Part shown: positions 48,383-58,966 of the stretch, in pieces
Position numbering within the stretch: the first letter of the stretch is position 1
Layout of the letters: every line of letters begins with the position of its first letter
Assembly: GCA_965224025.1 (NCBI GenBank)
Contig: OZ245033.1
Span: 1,984,001-2,048,000 of the forward strand
Source of the DNA: Candidatus Multivorans sp.
Lineage (GTDB): Bacteria > Acidobacteriota > Thermoanaerobaculia > Multivoradales > Multivoraceae
Reading direction: 5' to 3'
DNA length: 64,000 bases
Translations under genes and position numbers: made by a program
The notes under the pieces: generated by a model
What the model was told of the DNA's origin: nothing
The model's input: the letters and a program-made list of their open reading frames with translations, nothing else
Databases searched by the model: none

Positions 48383-50158
48383 ATGCGCCGCCGCCTCGAA
48401 CAGGTGCTGGCCGCCGGCCCCCGGTCGCCCATCTTCCGCTGGGAGACCTGGCGGACGTTGTGGCCCCTTCGCCGCCGGGTTCAGGCGGCGCTGCTGGCCG
48501 TGCTCGTGGTGGCGGCGTTCTCGTCGTGGCGGGTTCAGCGGCAGGTCGGACAGGCGCGGCTGGAGCTTCGTCTGGCGGAAGCGGCGACTGCCGGCGAGGA
48601 GTTCGAAGAGCTTGCCGATTGGGCCCCCGGCCTGCTCAGCCTGGCGGCCCGCCACGCGGCCGGAGAGGGCCGCTGGCGCGAGGTGGCGGCGTTGTACGAG
48701 GACCACGCCGAACACCTGCCGCCGGCGCTGCTGGCGGCGGCCGAGGTGGAACTCGGGCTGAACCGTGCCGGGGACCAGGCCGCCGCGGCCAGTTCGGACG
48801 AGGAAGCGGCGACAGAATCGCTCCCGGATGAACCGCCGCCGGCGTCTGCGTTCGAACGGCGCCTGCAGCGAGCGCAGGAAGTTGACGCCTCGGGGGTGCA
48901 GCAACTGCTCTTCGACCGGCGGGGCCGGCCGCTGGGATCGATCGGCGACGACCGTTCGCTGACGCTGGTGGAGGATCTGCCGGCCGGCCTGGTGCCGGTC
49001 GAGTTGGCGACCCACCTGTTGCCACCCGCCCTTCAGCCTCCGGGTCTTGCCGCCGCCGGACCGGGGGCGATGAGCGGCGCCGCCGCGGCGCGAGCGTTGC
49101 GCCTGACGATCGACCGGGCCTGGAGCGAGGTAGCCGACAAGGCGCTGGGCCGGGAGGAGGGAGCGATCGCGATCGTGGAGATCCCCTCGGGCGCGGTCCT
49201 GGCGGCGGTGAGCAATCGCAGTCGAAGCCGCCGGTGGCGGTCGAACGGCGACAGCGTCCTCGATCCGCGCGAGCCGGCCTCGATCGCCAAGCTGATCACG
49301 ACGACGGCGGCAATGCGGGCCGGTCTCGACCCCGACCAGGAGATCGCCGACATGACCTGCCGCGGCTCGGTGCTGATGGACGGTCAGCGGCTGTACTGCG
49401 CCGCGATCAACGGCCGGCTCGGAGGGCTCGCCGATGCGATGGCCAGTAGCTGCAACGTCGCCTTCGCCAAGCTGGCGATCGACGTGGGCGACCGGGCGCT
49501 GGTCGAAGAGTACGAACGCTTCGGCTTCGTGATCGGCGGCAGAAACGGCGAGCCGGTGCCGAGAAACGCCGTCGGCGTGGTGCATGAGTACCGTCACCCG
49601 GGCAAGCAGCTCGGCGATCTCTCGATCGGCCTCGAGGAGGCTTCGATCACGCCGTTGGGGGCCGCCTTGTTTGCCGCCACCCTCTCGGACGGCCGCCGCC
49701 GCGAGCCGAGCTTCGTTCTGCAGGCGGACGGACTCATGGGCATCTCGCCGCGGACACCGGCCGGCGACGGTCCGCGCCGGGGCGTCGAGGTTCTCGACCC
49801 GTCCTGGCTGCCGGTGCTGCACGAGTCGATGCGAGCCGTCGTTTCGCCCGGCGGGACGGCGAACCGGGTGGCGCCGAAGCGTCTCCGGGTAGCGATGAAG
49901 ACGGGCACGGCGCGCGATCCGGACAAGCCGTTCCACGTGAACTACGCCGGCTTCTTCCCCTCCGACGAGAGGCAGCCGCCCCGGTACGCCTTCGCGGTAC
50001 GGGTCACCGGCCAGCCAACGTCGGCACGGGTTCGCCGCGCCGCGTACGCCGTCACGTTCCGTCTGCTGCGGGCGCTCGACAGGCTGGTCGGCGAGGAGAT
50101 CGAGGCGGCGTCCCGGGTTCCGCAACGGCACGCGGGAGCGACCGGAGCGAGCAAGTGA
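48383..50158 (+). CDS. Penicillin-binding transpeptidase domain protein
   Basis: SIAK (SxxK), SCN, KTG; N-terminal TM helix. Confidence 0.82.
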   Translation: MRRRLEQVLAAGPRSPIFRWETWRTLWPLRRRVQAALLAVLVVAAFSSWRVQRQVGQARLELRLAEAATAGEEFEELADWAPGLLSLAARHAAGEGRWREVAALYEDHAEHLPPALLAAAEVELGLNRAGDQAAAASSDEEAATESLPDEPPPASAFERRLQRAQEVDASGVQQLLFDRRGRPLGSIGDDRSLTLVEDLPAGLVPVELATHLLPPALQPPGLAAAGPGAMSGAAAARALRLTIDRAWSEVADKALGREEGAIAIVEIPSGAVLAAVSNRSRSRRWRSNGDSVLDPREPASIAKLITTTAAMRAGLDPDQEIADMTCRGSVLMDGQRLYCAAINGRLGGLADAMASSCNVAFAKLAIDVGDRALVEEYERFGFVIGGRNGEPVPRNAVGVVHEYRHPGKQLGDLSIGLEEASITPLGAALFAATLSDGRRREPSFVLQADGLMGISPRTPAGDGPRRGVEVLDPSWLPVLHESMRAVVSPGGTANRVAPKRLRVAMKTGTARDPDKPFHVNYAGFFPSDERQPPRYAFAVRVTGQPTSARVRRAAYAVTFRLLRALDRLVGEEIEAASRVPQRHAGATGASK

Positions 50159-53100
50159 CAACAAGCGCGGGCGGCGGGAAGCCGCCCGTTCGCCGGCGCT
50201 ACCGGCCGGCGATCGGCCCCAGGCTGAAGCCTCTGCTGTGGGTGGTCTTCGGACTGTTCGCTCTGCTGGCGGTGAACTCGTTCTACCTCTCCGGCGTCCG
50301 CGTCGCGGAGGCGGCGACCGGCGAGACGTACCAGAACTGGTTCTACATCTCGATGTTCCTGCTCCATCTGGCGGTGGGTGGTCTGTTCGTGGCGCCGGTG
50401 ATCTGGTTCGGCTTGGCGCACATGCGCAACGCGCGAAATCGCCCCAACCGGCGCGCGGTCAAGGTCGGTTACGCCCTGTTCGGGACCGCGCTCGTGCTGC
50501 TCTTCAGCGGCATCGTGCTGACGCGGATCGAAGGTGTGATCACGGTGAACGATCCGGCGGTCCGCGGCGTCGCCTACTGGCTGCACGTCCTGGCGCCCCT
50601 GGTGGCTGCCTGGCTGTTCGTGCTGCACCGGCTTGCGGGCAAGCGCATCAACTGGCGGATCGGCGCGCGCGTGGCGGCCGCCGCCGTGGTCCTGGTCGGC
50701 GTGGCGCTGGTGCTGCAGTTCCAGGATCCGCGGGCGTGGAACGTGGAAGGACCGGAGTCGGGCGAGCAGTACTTCTTCCCGGCCCTGGCGCGCACCGCGA
50801 GCGGCGGTTTCATCCCCGAGCGGGCATTGATGAACGACGCTTACTGCGTCGACTGTCACGCCGACATCCACGGCCGATGGACCTACAGCGCTCACCGCTT
50901 CAGCTCCTTCAACAACCCCGCCTACAGCTTCTCCGTCCAGGAGACCCGCGAGAAGGCGTACGAGCGCTCGGGCGACGTGCAGGCGTCGCGCTTCTGCGCC
51001 GGCTGCCACGACCCGGTCGTGTTCTTCTCGGGCGCCTTCGACGACCCGGAGTTCGACGTCGACCAGCCGGCGGCCCACGCCGGAATCACCTGCACGTCCT
51101 GCCATGCGATCACCCATGTCAACAGTCCGCGCGGCAACGCCGACTACACGATCGAGGAGCCGCAGCACTATCCGTTCGCCTTCGCGGATTCGGCTTTCCT
51201 CAAGTTCGTCAACCACCAACTGGTCAAGGCGAAGCCCGAACTGCACAAGCGAACCTTCCTCAAGCCCCTGCACACGACCGCGGAGTTCTGCGGCACCTGC
51301 CACAAGGTCCACTTGCCGGAGGAGTTGAACCACTACAAGTTTCTGCGCGGGCAGAACCACTACGACTCGCACCTTCTCTCCGGCGTGTCCGGGCACGGGG
51401 TGGCGAGCTTCTACTATCCGCCCGAGGCCAAGCCGAACTGCAACGGCTGCCACATGGACCTGCTGCCGTCGGACGACTTCGGTTCCCGCCGGTACCCGGC
51501 GAGCGACCAGCCTGGTGTCACCCAGGTCCACGACCACCTGTTCCCGTCCGCCAACACCGGGATTCCCCACCTGCTCGACTTCCCGGACTGGGTGATCGAG
51601 GCGCACCGCGCGTTCAACGAGGGCGTCGTTGACATCGACATCTTCGGCGTCAAGCCGGGCGGCGCGATCGAGGGCGAGTTGATCGCGCCGGTGCGCCCCG
51701 AGATACCGGCGCTCGCGGCGGGCGAGGAGTACCTGCTGGAGGTCGTCGTGCGGACCCTCGGTCTGGGCCACCACCTGACTCAGGGCACGGCCGACTCCAA
51801 CCAGCTCTGGCTCGACATCGCGGTGCGCGACGACAGCGGCCGGCTGGTGGGCCGGAGCGGCGGACTGGGCGAAGGCAACCGGGTAGACCCGTGGTCGCAC
51901 TTCATCAACGTCTACATGCTCGACCGCGACGGCGCGCGCATCGATCGCCGCAACGCAGAGGACATCTTCGTGCCGCTCTACGATCACCAGATTCCGCCGG
52001 GGGCGGGCGACGTGACCCACTACCGGATGGAAGTTCCGCGCGCCGGCGCCACCACGAGCCTGACGGTCGAGGCGGTGCTCCGCTACCGCAAGTTCGACAC
52101 GAAGTACCTGCGCTACATCTACGGCGAGGAGACGGTCAACGAACTGCCGATCTTGGACCTGGCCCGGGACGCGGTGACCTTCCCGGTCGGCCCTGGGAAC
52201 CCGGGCGTCTCGCCCGCATTCGGTCCTGGGAACGCGGGCGTCTCGCCCGCATCCGGCCCTGGGAACGCGGGCGTCCCGCCCGCATCCGGTCCTGGGAGCG
52301 CGGGCGTCTCGCCCGCATCCGGTCCGGTCGTCCGTGCACCCGCCAAGCAGTTGTGGCAACGCTGGAACGACTACGGCATCGGCCTCCTGCGCAAGGGCGG
52401 CACCGGTCGCGGCGAGCTCCGGCAGGCGATCGAGGCCTTCACTCGCGTGGAGGAGTTGGGCCGTCCGGACGGGCCGCTCAACCTCGCCCGGGTGTACCTG
52501 GCGCAGGGCACGGTCACGGATGATGCGATCGCCGCGCTCGAACGGGCCGCCACCTTCGAGCCGCCGGCCCCGGCCTGGTCGGTGGCCTGGTTCAGCGGAC
52601 TGGTCAACTTCCAGAACGGCGCCGTGGACGAGGCGATCGCGAACTTCCGCTCGATCCTCGAGGCTGACAGCGAAGAGATGCGGCGACGCGGCTTCGACTT
52701 CAGCCGCGACGTGCGGCTTCAGAACCAGCTCGGTCTGGCCCTGTTCGAGCGGGCCAAGCGGGAGCGTGGGCCGGCCCGTGCGGAGGCGCGGACGGGACGG
52801 CTCAATGAGGCGAGGGAGTCGTTCGAGCGCGGACTGGCGATCGACCCGGAGAACGTGACCGCGCACTACAACCTGGGTCTGATTTACTCTCAACTCGGCG
52901 ACCGCGAGGCGGCCGACCGGCATCAGGCACTCCACGCGAAGTACAAGCCGGACGACAACGCCCGCGACCGGGCGATCGCCATCGCACGCCTCGCCGACCC
53001 GGCCGCCGATCATGCCGCGGAGGCGATCGTGATCTACGACCTGCATAGGCCCGAGCGCTTCGAAGGCGACCGGCCGGGGGTCACCGGAGCCGGCGGTTGA
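50155..53100 (+). CDS. Membrane-anchored multiheme cytochrome c with TPR repeats
   Basis: N-terminal TM helices; five CxxCH (CVDCH, CAGCH, CTSCH, CGTCH, CNGCH); AHYNLG TPR. Confidence 0.87.
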   Translation: MTTSAGGGKPPVRRRYRPAIGPRLKPLLWVVFGLFALLAVNSFYLSGVRVAEAATGETYQNWFYISMFLLHLAVGGLFVAPVIWFGLAHMRNARNRPNRRAVKVGYALFGTALVLLFSGIVLTRIEGVITVNDPAVRGVAYWLHVLAPLVAAWLFVLHRLAGKRINWRIGARVAAAAVVLVGVALVLQFQDPRAWNVEGPESGEQYFFPALARTASGGFIPERALMNDAYCVDCHADIHGRWTYSAHRFSSFNNPAYSFSVQETREKAYERSGDVQASRFCAGCHDPVVFFSGAFDDPEFDVDQPAAHAGITCTSCHAITHVNSPRGNADYTIEEPQHYPFAFADSAFLKFVNHQLVKAKPELHKRTFLKPLHTTAEFCGTCHKVHLPEELNHYKFLRGQNHYDSHLLSGVSGHGVASFYYPPEAKPNCNGCHMDLLPSDDFGSRRYPASDQPGVTQVHDHLFPSANTGIPHLLDFPDWVIEAHRAFNEGVVDIDIFGVKPGGAIEGELIAPVRPEIPALAAGEEYLLEVVVRTLGLGHHLTQGTADSNQLWLDIAVRDDSGRLVGRSGGLGEGNRVDPWSHFINVYMLDRDGARIDRRNAEDIFVPLYDHQIPPGAGDVTHYRMEVPRAGATTSLTVEAVLRYRKFDTKYLRYIYGEETVNELPILDLARDAVTFPVGPGNPGVSPAFGPGNAGVSPASGPGNAGVPPASGPGSAGVSPASGPVVRAPAKQLWQRWNDYGIGLLRKGGTGRGELRQAIEAFTRVEELGRPDGPLNLARVYLAQGTVTDDAIAALERAATFEPPAPAWSVAWFSGLVNFQNGAVDEAIANFRSILEADSEEMRRRGFDFSRDVRLQNQLGLALFERAKRERGPARAEARTGRLNEARESFERGLAIDPENVTAHYNLGLIYSQLGDREAADRHQALHAKYKPDDNARDRAIAIARLADPAADHAAEAIVIYDLHRPERFEGDRPGVTGAGG
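52189..52325 (+). repeat. Four tandem 33-bp REP-like units, in frame
   Basis: Consensus GGYCCTGGGAACGCGGGCGTCTCGCCCGCATCC at 52189, 52222, 52255, 52288; encodes GPGNAGVSPAS-type units. Confidence 0.92.
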
Positions 53101-54962
53101 GTCCCGACCGGCCGGGAGACGAGCTCGTAGCCGAAGACGACGCCGTCATCGGCCGGACGTTCGTCGCCTCGATCAAGGTCCTGATGGCACTGGCCGCTGC
53201 GGCGTTGATCGTCGTTACGCTTCGCTACGTGTTCAGGGCGGCGCCCGAGGAGGCGCGGGAGATCCCGGTCGCGGCGCCGCGGCCGGTGGCTGCGGCGCCT
53301 GAGGTTCCGGTCATCCCCTTCACGGACATCACCGAGGAGGCCGGCATCGACTTCGTCCATGTCAACGGCGCCGAGGGCGAGGCCCTGCTGCCGGAGACGA
53401 TGGGTTCGGGCGCGGCCTTCTTCGACTTCGACCGGGACGGCGACCAGGACCTGCTGCTCGTCAACTCGACCGAGTGGAACGCGGCGCCGGAGACCGGTCC
53501 GACGATGGCGCTGTACGAGAACGACGGCGCCGGGCGGTTTGCCGACCGGACCGCCGCACTCGGCCTGGCGGCGAGCTTCTACGGCACCGGCGTCGCGGTC
53601 GGCGACATGGACAATGACGGCTGGGTCGATCTGTTCATCTCCGCGGTGGGGCCGAACCGCCTGTTTCGGAACGTGGAAGGCGCCCGCTTCGAGGACGTGA
53701 CCGCGGCGGCGGGCGTCGCCGGCGACGCCACCGAGTGGAGCAGCAGCAGCGCCTTCTTCGACGCCGACGGGGACGGCGACCTCGATCTGCTGGTGGGCAA
53801 CTACGTCCGCTGGTCGCGCGAGATCGACATCGAGGTCGGCTACCAGTTGACTGGCGTTGGGCGCGCCTATGGACCGCCGCTGAACTACGGCGGAACGACC
53901 ATGGACCTCTATCGGAATGACGGTTCGGGAGTGTTCACCGACATATCCGAGCAGGCCGGAATGCACATCCTGAACCCGGCCACGGACACGCCGGTGGCGA
54001 AGACGCTGGGGCTGGCGCCGGTGGATGTCGAGGGCGACGGCGACATCGACGTGCTGGTGGCCAACGACACGGTGCGCAACTTCCTGCTCGTGAACGACGG
54101 CGGCGGCGTGTTCACCGAGCAGGGGGGAACCTACGGCCTCGCCTACAGCCGCGAGGGAGCGGCCACCGGCGCGATGGGCGCCGACGCCGCCGACTTCCGC
54201 AACGACGGCGAGCTCGGCTTCGCGATCGCGAACTTCGCCAACGAGATGACCTCGCTCTACGTCTCTCAGGGCGATCCGACGCTGTGGAGCGACGAGGCGA
54301 TCACCGCCGGAATCGGCGCGCCCAGCCGCCGCGTGCTCAGCTTCGGGCTCTTCTTCTTCGACTACGACCTGGACGGACGGCTCGACCTGCTCCAGGTCAA
54401 CGGCCACCTCGAGGACGACATCGAGGTTGTGGAACCCAGCCAGCGCTACCGGCAGGCGCCGCAGTTGTTCTGGAACGCCGGGCCGGACGCGGCGTCGACC
54501 TTCGTACCGGTCACGCCGGCGCCCGGCGACGGACTCACCCGTGAGCTGGTGGGCCGAGGCTCCACCTACGCCGACATCGACGGCGACGGCGACCTGGACG
54601 TGCTGCTGCTCCAGACCGGCGACCGGCCGGTGCTGCTGCGCAACGACCAGGAAACCGGGCACCGCTGGCTGCGCTTCCTGCTGCGCGGCGATGGAGCGCA
54701 GGTGAACCGCGGCGCCGTCGGCGCCTGGGTCGAGATCGAGCAGCGAACCGCGGCTGGTCCCGTCGTCCAGCGGCGCCGGGTCATGCCGACTCGCAGCTAC
54801 CAGAGCCAGGTCGAGCCGGTGGTCACGATCGGCTTTGGCGATGTGGCGTCGGTCGAAGACCTTGTACGTGTGGAGGTGGTCTGGCCTGACGGCGCCCGGC
54901 AGTCGGTCGAGGTCGCCGGGCTCGACCGGGAGATCGAGGTGGTGTACAGGGCACCGAACTGA
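53097..54962 (+). CDS. CRTAC1-family FG-GAP/ASPIC-UnbV protein
   Basis: Repeated DxDxDGDxDL; GRGSTYADIDGDG; SYQSQ...VVWPDG. Confidence 0.9.
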   Translation: MSPDRPGDELVAEDDAVIGRTFVASIKVLMALAAAALIVVTLRYVFRAAPEEAREIPVAAPRPVAAAPEVPVIPFTDITEEAGIDFVHVNGAEGEALLPETMGSGAAFFDFDRDGDQDLLLVNSTEWNAAPETGPTMALYENDGAGRFADRTAALGLAASFYGTGVAVGDMDNDGWVDLFISAVGPNRLFRNVEGARFEDVTAAAGVAGDATEWSSSSAFFDADGDGDLDLLVGNYVRWSREIDIEVGYQLTGVGRAYGPPLNYGGTTMDLYRNDGSGVFTDISEQAGMHILNPATDTPVAKTLGLAPVDVEGDGDIDVLVANDTVRNFLLVNDGGGVFTEQGGTYGLAYSREGAATGAMGADAADFRNDGELGFAIANFANEMTSLYVSQGDPTLWSDEAITAGIGAPSRRVLSFGLFFFDYDLDGRLDLLQVNGHLEDDIEVVEPSQRYRQAPQLFWNAGPDAASTFVPVTPAPGDGLTRELVGRGSTYADIDGDGDLDVLLLQTGDRPVLLRNDQETGHRWLRFLLRGDGAQVNRGAVGAWVEIEQRTAAGPVVQRRRVMPTRSYQSQVEPVVTIGFGDVASVEDLVRVEVVWPDGARQSVEVAGLDREIEVVYRAPN

Positions 54963-55043
54963 CGGAACGCCCACATGAACTCCCGGCCTGCTAGCCTGTT
55001 GGCCAAGGTTCCTGATTGGCACGGTATCTCCTGGAGGACTTCC

Positions 55044-55973
55044 ATGTGCGATAGACGCCCCTTCATTGCGTTCGGCTGTCTGGTCTTTCTGTTCGTGTCC
55101 ACCCTGCCGGCGCTCGGCCAGGAAGAGGTCGAGGTCCTGACGAACGAGGATGTCGTTCGACTGACCCAGAGCGGACTTCCGGCGTCGGTCATCGTCGCCA
55201 AGATCAGGAGTTCCCAGACAGACTTCGACACGTCGGTCGACGCCCTGGTTGCGCTTTCTCAGGCACAGGTGGATGCGGAAGTGCTGGAGTCGATGACGAA
55301 CGCCGGCGCTGAGGCGGCGTCCACCGGTGGCGATGCGGCGGAGGCGGGTACTCTCGACATCGTGACCGGGACACGTGCATCGCAGGTCGCCAATGTCGCC
55401 TCGAACTTCGAGGGAACGCCCTGCAAGAGCCCTGGCATCTTTCTCTCGGAAGAGGGTTCACTGGTTGACCTGGAACTGACTCAGCCGACCTCGACCAGGA
55501 CCGGCAGCGGAGTTCTCTCGAGCTTGACCTACGGCATCAAGTCGACCAAGGCGAAGGCGATGATCCGCGGCGCCCGTTCACAGGTCCGCACGAGCCAGAG
55601 GCAGCCGACCTTCTACTTCTGCTTCGAGGAGGCGCAAGCCGGCCTGTCCTACCAGACGACCGGCGCCGTGAACCCCTCCGAGTTCGTACTGATCGCCTTC
55701 GACGTCCTGAAGAAGAAGGACCAGCGCTCTTTCGTCACGGGCAAGCTGAATCTCTGGACCGGAGCTTCAGGGGGCTCGCCGCCGAAGCAGTTGCGGCAGG
55801 TTGAATACAAGAAGGTCGTTCCAGGTGTGTACGAAGTGACCTCGCAGCGGCTGGAGTCGGACGAGTACGCCTTCTACTACGGTGGTCAGGCAACAGCGCT
55901 CATCGGCTTCTTCGGTCCGGCCCTCGGCGGCGCCTCGGCTTCGGGGAAGGTCTTCGCCTTCGGCGTCGACTGA
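55044..55973 (+). CDS. Secreted hypothetical protein
   Basis: GGAGG RBS, signal peptide, LTNEDVVRL..SGL domain, ends FAFGVD. Confidence 0.7.
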   Translation: MCDRRPFIAFGCLVFLFVSTLPALGQEEVEVLTNEDVVRLTQSGLPASVIVAKIRSSQTDFDTSVDALVALSQAQVDAEVLESMTNAGAEAASTGGDAAEAGTLDIVTGTRASQVANVASNFEGTPCKSPGIFLSEEGSLVDLELTQPTSTRTGSGVLSSLTYGIKSTKAKAMIRGARSQVRTSQRQPTFYFCFEEAQAGLSYQTTGAVNPSEFVLIAFDVLKKKDQRSFVTGKLNLWTGASGGSPPKQLRQVEYKKVVPGVYEVTSQRLESDEYAFYYGGQATALIGFFGPALGGASASGKVFAFGVD

Positions 55974-56056
55974 AGCCGCCTTGACGACACGCCGGTCAAC
56001 ACCTTGACGACGAACCGCCCTTCGCGGCGGAGGGCGATGGGCAGAAGTGGGCCGCG

Positions 56057-57444
56057 ATGAAGCGGCGTCCGCTCGGTGTGGCGGTGGCGGTGTCGCGGGT
56101 CTTGCGGTCGCGGCGCTGCCATCGGCGGCGCAGACGATCGCCCTGACCGACGTCAGCATCATCGACGGCACGGTCGGTCCCGTCCAGGAGGACATGACGA
56201 TCGCGATCGCGGGCGAGCGGATCGCGTCGATTGCGGAGGGTCCGTACCGGGCCACTGACGGCGGCGACGCGGCCGACGTCCACGATCTCGACGGCGCCTG
56301 GGTGCTGCCCGGGTTCTGGAACATGCACACCCATCTGAGCGTGATGTTCCCGCACAACCACGCCCTGGACGACGAACGGACGCCATCCAAGGTCATCCGC
56401 GCGGGACTGAACGCTATAGACGGGCTGCGCCACGGCTTCACCAGCGTGCGCTCGGTGGGCGAGGAGAACTACATCGACGTCGCCTGGCAGCGGGCGTTCG
56501 ACCAGGGGTTCTTCCTCGGTCCGCGGGTCTTCGCCAGCGGCGAGCCGGTGAGTCCGACCGCCGGGCATCGGGGTTCGGTCGCGGAAGGCGCCGACGGCGT
56601 GGCCGCGATCCGCAAGGAGGTGCGGTCGCGGGTTCAGAACGGCGCCCGTGCGATCAAGCTGTTCAGCGTCGAGATGCTGCCGGACGAGCTGGAGGCGGCG
56701 GTCCAGACGGCGCGCAGTCTCGGTGTTCACGTCACTTCGCATGTCCGCGAACCGGGGGCGCGGGCCGCGGTGGAGGCCGGGGTGGACTGTCTCGAGCATG
56801 GCTACGGGCTGACCGACGAGACGATCGAGCTGATGGCCGAGAAGGGGACGTTCTACGACCCGACGATCATCTGCAACCTGAGCGCCGAGTACATTGCCGA
56901 GCGCGAGGCGCGGTTGGCGGAACTCGGATACGCGGAGGACGAGGAGATCGTGCGGTTGCGGACGATGGTCGCTTTTGCTGACGAACGGTCGCCGGAGTTC
57001 GCACGCGAACAGCGGCGCATCCTGGCGAAAGCGGCCGAGGCGGGCGTGAAGCTGCTGATCGGTTCGGACTCGATGCCGATCGGCGAGATGGGGTTCCTGG
57101 AGATGGAGCAGTTCGTCATCTCCGGGGTCAGCGAGATGGACACGATCCTCGCGGCGACCCGCAACGCGGCCGAGGTGCAGGGCCTGCTCGACGTTCTCGG
57201 CACGGTCGAGGAGGGGAAGCTGGCCGACCTAGTCGTCCTGGGGGACAGTCCGCTCGAGAACATCTCGAACATCCGCAAGACCGTGATGGTGCTCAAGGGC
57301 GGCGTCGTGGTCGACCTGGACGGGCAGCTCGGAACGGCGACCTACTGGGACTACTACGGCCCGATGGAGCTGCCCGAGGGTTTCCTCGCGGAGTCCGAGG
57401 AAGCGGCAGGCTTTCAGCGCGGGGCGACGGCAGACGATCAGTAG
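56057..57444 (+). CDS. Amidohydrolase, with a probable 1-nt frameshift in the signal peptide near 56092
   Basis: PGFWNMHTH, LEHG, GSD, GKLADL; adding one G gives MKRRPLGVAVAVVAGLAVAALPSAAQ. Confidence 0.8.
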
Positions 57445-57475
57445 CAGTCAACGCGACATCGAAGGAGGACGGCGA

Positions 57476-58939
57476 ATGAAGCGGAACACGAAGAGACACC
57501 GCGGAGCCTTCCCCGGGAACCCGGGTGGCGCGATCCGCGCCACCCGCGAACCATCCCGTGCGCGCGTTCTCGGGCGCACGGGATGGCACCCGGGCATCCT
57601 GCCCGCATCCGGCGGCAGGCCGGTCCGTGTCCAGCCGAGGTATCGCTTCCTCTTCTTCTCCGCAGTGGTGCTGCTCGTTTCGGCTGCTCCGGCCTTTGCT
57701 CAGACAACCGTCCTCACCAACGCCACGGTCATCGACGCCACCGGCGCGCCGCCGATCGAGGACGCCGCGGTGGTCATCGAGGGCAGCCGGATCACGGCGA
57801 TCCACACGCCGTCGTCCTCGGCGCCGGATCCTGGCGATGACGCTCGGGTCATCGACCTGGGCGGCGCCTACGTCCTGCCAGGCCTGTGGAACAACCACTC
57901 GCATCTCGGCGACCTGCACCCCGATCCGAAGGGGCTGCTGCCGGACGAACCGCTGTTGCGCGCCATGATCCGCGCCGGCCGAAACGCGATGGACGCACTC
58001 AAGGGCGGTTTCACCACGCTGCGGATCACCGGCGAACGGGACTTCATGGACGTGGCCTGGAAGCAGGCGTTCGATTCCGGCGTGTTCGTCGGACCGCGGA
58101 TCGTTGCCGGCGGCCCGCCGCTTTCGACCGATGGGGACACGGACTGGCTCGTCAGGACCGGCAAGGGACTGGAGGGCATCCGCGCGGTGGTCGCCGACAA
58201 CATCGCAAACGGCGCGCAGCTCATCAAGTTCCTCGGCAGCCGGATGCCGCCCGAGCAGTTGATCGCCGGTATCGAGGAGGCCCACCGGCACGGCATCCCG
58301 GTCACCGTCCACGCAGGCGACGAGACGACCCGGATCGCGGTCATGGCCGGCGCCGAGAGCATCGAGCACGGCAACGATCTCTCCGACGACACGATCCGGA
58401 TGATGGCCGAGGCGGGGACGTTCCTCGACCCGACGATCCAGTGCAACCTGAGCACCGAGTTCATCGCCGAGCGGGAACGGCTGATCGCGGAAGCGGGCTA
58501 CATCGATCCGCCCGAGGTCGTCGAAGGCCGGGTGCGGGTTTCCCACGCCGACGAGCGGAGCCACGAGCGGGCGGAGCTGGCCCGCGACGTGATCAACAAG
58601 GCGTATGCCGCGGGCGTGCGGCTGACCACCGGCAGCGACTCGAATCCGATCTCGGAGATCGGCATCCTGGAGATCGAGCAGCTCGCGTTCCACGGCATCC
58701 CGGAGATGGGCGCCATCCAGGCCGCGACCCGCAACAGCGCGGAGATGATGGGAATGCTCGACGACCTGGGCACGGTGGAGGCCGGCAAGCTCGCCGACCT
58801 GATCGTGCTCGAGAAGAACCCGCTCGAGCACATCTCGCACATGCGCAGCCTGTCCATGGTGATCAAGGACGGCAAGATCGTGAATCGCTCGAGAGACGAG
58901 GGGCAGGCGAGTTTCTGGGAGCTCTATCTGCAGGACTGA
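57476..58939 (+). CDS. Amidohydrolase paralogue
   Basis: PGLWNNHSH, TVHA, IEHG, GSD, GKLADL; AAGGAGG RBS. Confidence 0.88.
   Translation: MKRNTKRHRGAFPGNPGGAIRATREPSRARVLGRTGWHPGILPASGGRPVRVQPRYRFLFFSAVVLLVSAAPAFAQTTVLTNATVIDATGAPPIEDAAVVIEGSRITAIHTPSSSAPDPGDDARVIDLGGAYVLPGLWNNHSHLGDLHPDPKGLLPDEPLLRAMIRAGRNAMDALKGGFTTLRITGERDFMDVAWKQAFDSGVFVGPRIVAGGPPLSTDGDTDWLVRTGKGLEGIRAVVADNIANGAQLIKFLGSRMPPEQLIAGIEEAHRHGIPVTVHAGDETTRIAVMAGAESIEHGNDLSDDTIRMMAEAGTFLDPTIQCNLSTEFIAERERLIAEAGYIDPPEVVEGRVRVSHADERSHERAELARDVINKAYAAGVRLTTGSDSNPISEIGILEIEQLAFHGIPEMGAIQAATRNSAEMMGMLDDLGTVEAGKLADLIVLEKNPLEHISHMRSLSMVIKDGKIVNRSRDEGQASFWELYLQD
57513..57614 (+). repeat. Three-hairpin repeat, copy A (inside the CDS N-terminus)
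   Basis: Aligns end to end with 61013-61113. Confidence 0.8.
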
Positions 58940-58966
58940 TCGGAAGACACCAAGGAGGAGAGTCTC

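Noticed and set aside
52189-52325. 33-bp repeats as a CRISPR array
   Set aside because: The units are directly tandem with no spacers, lie in frame within a CDS, and no cas genes are present
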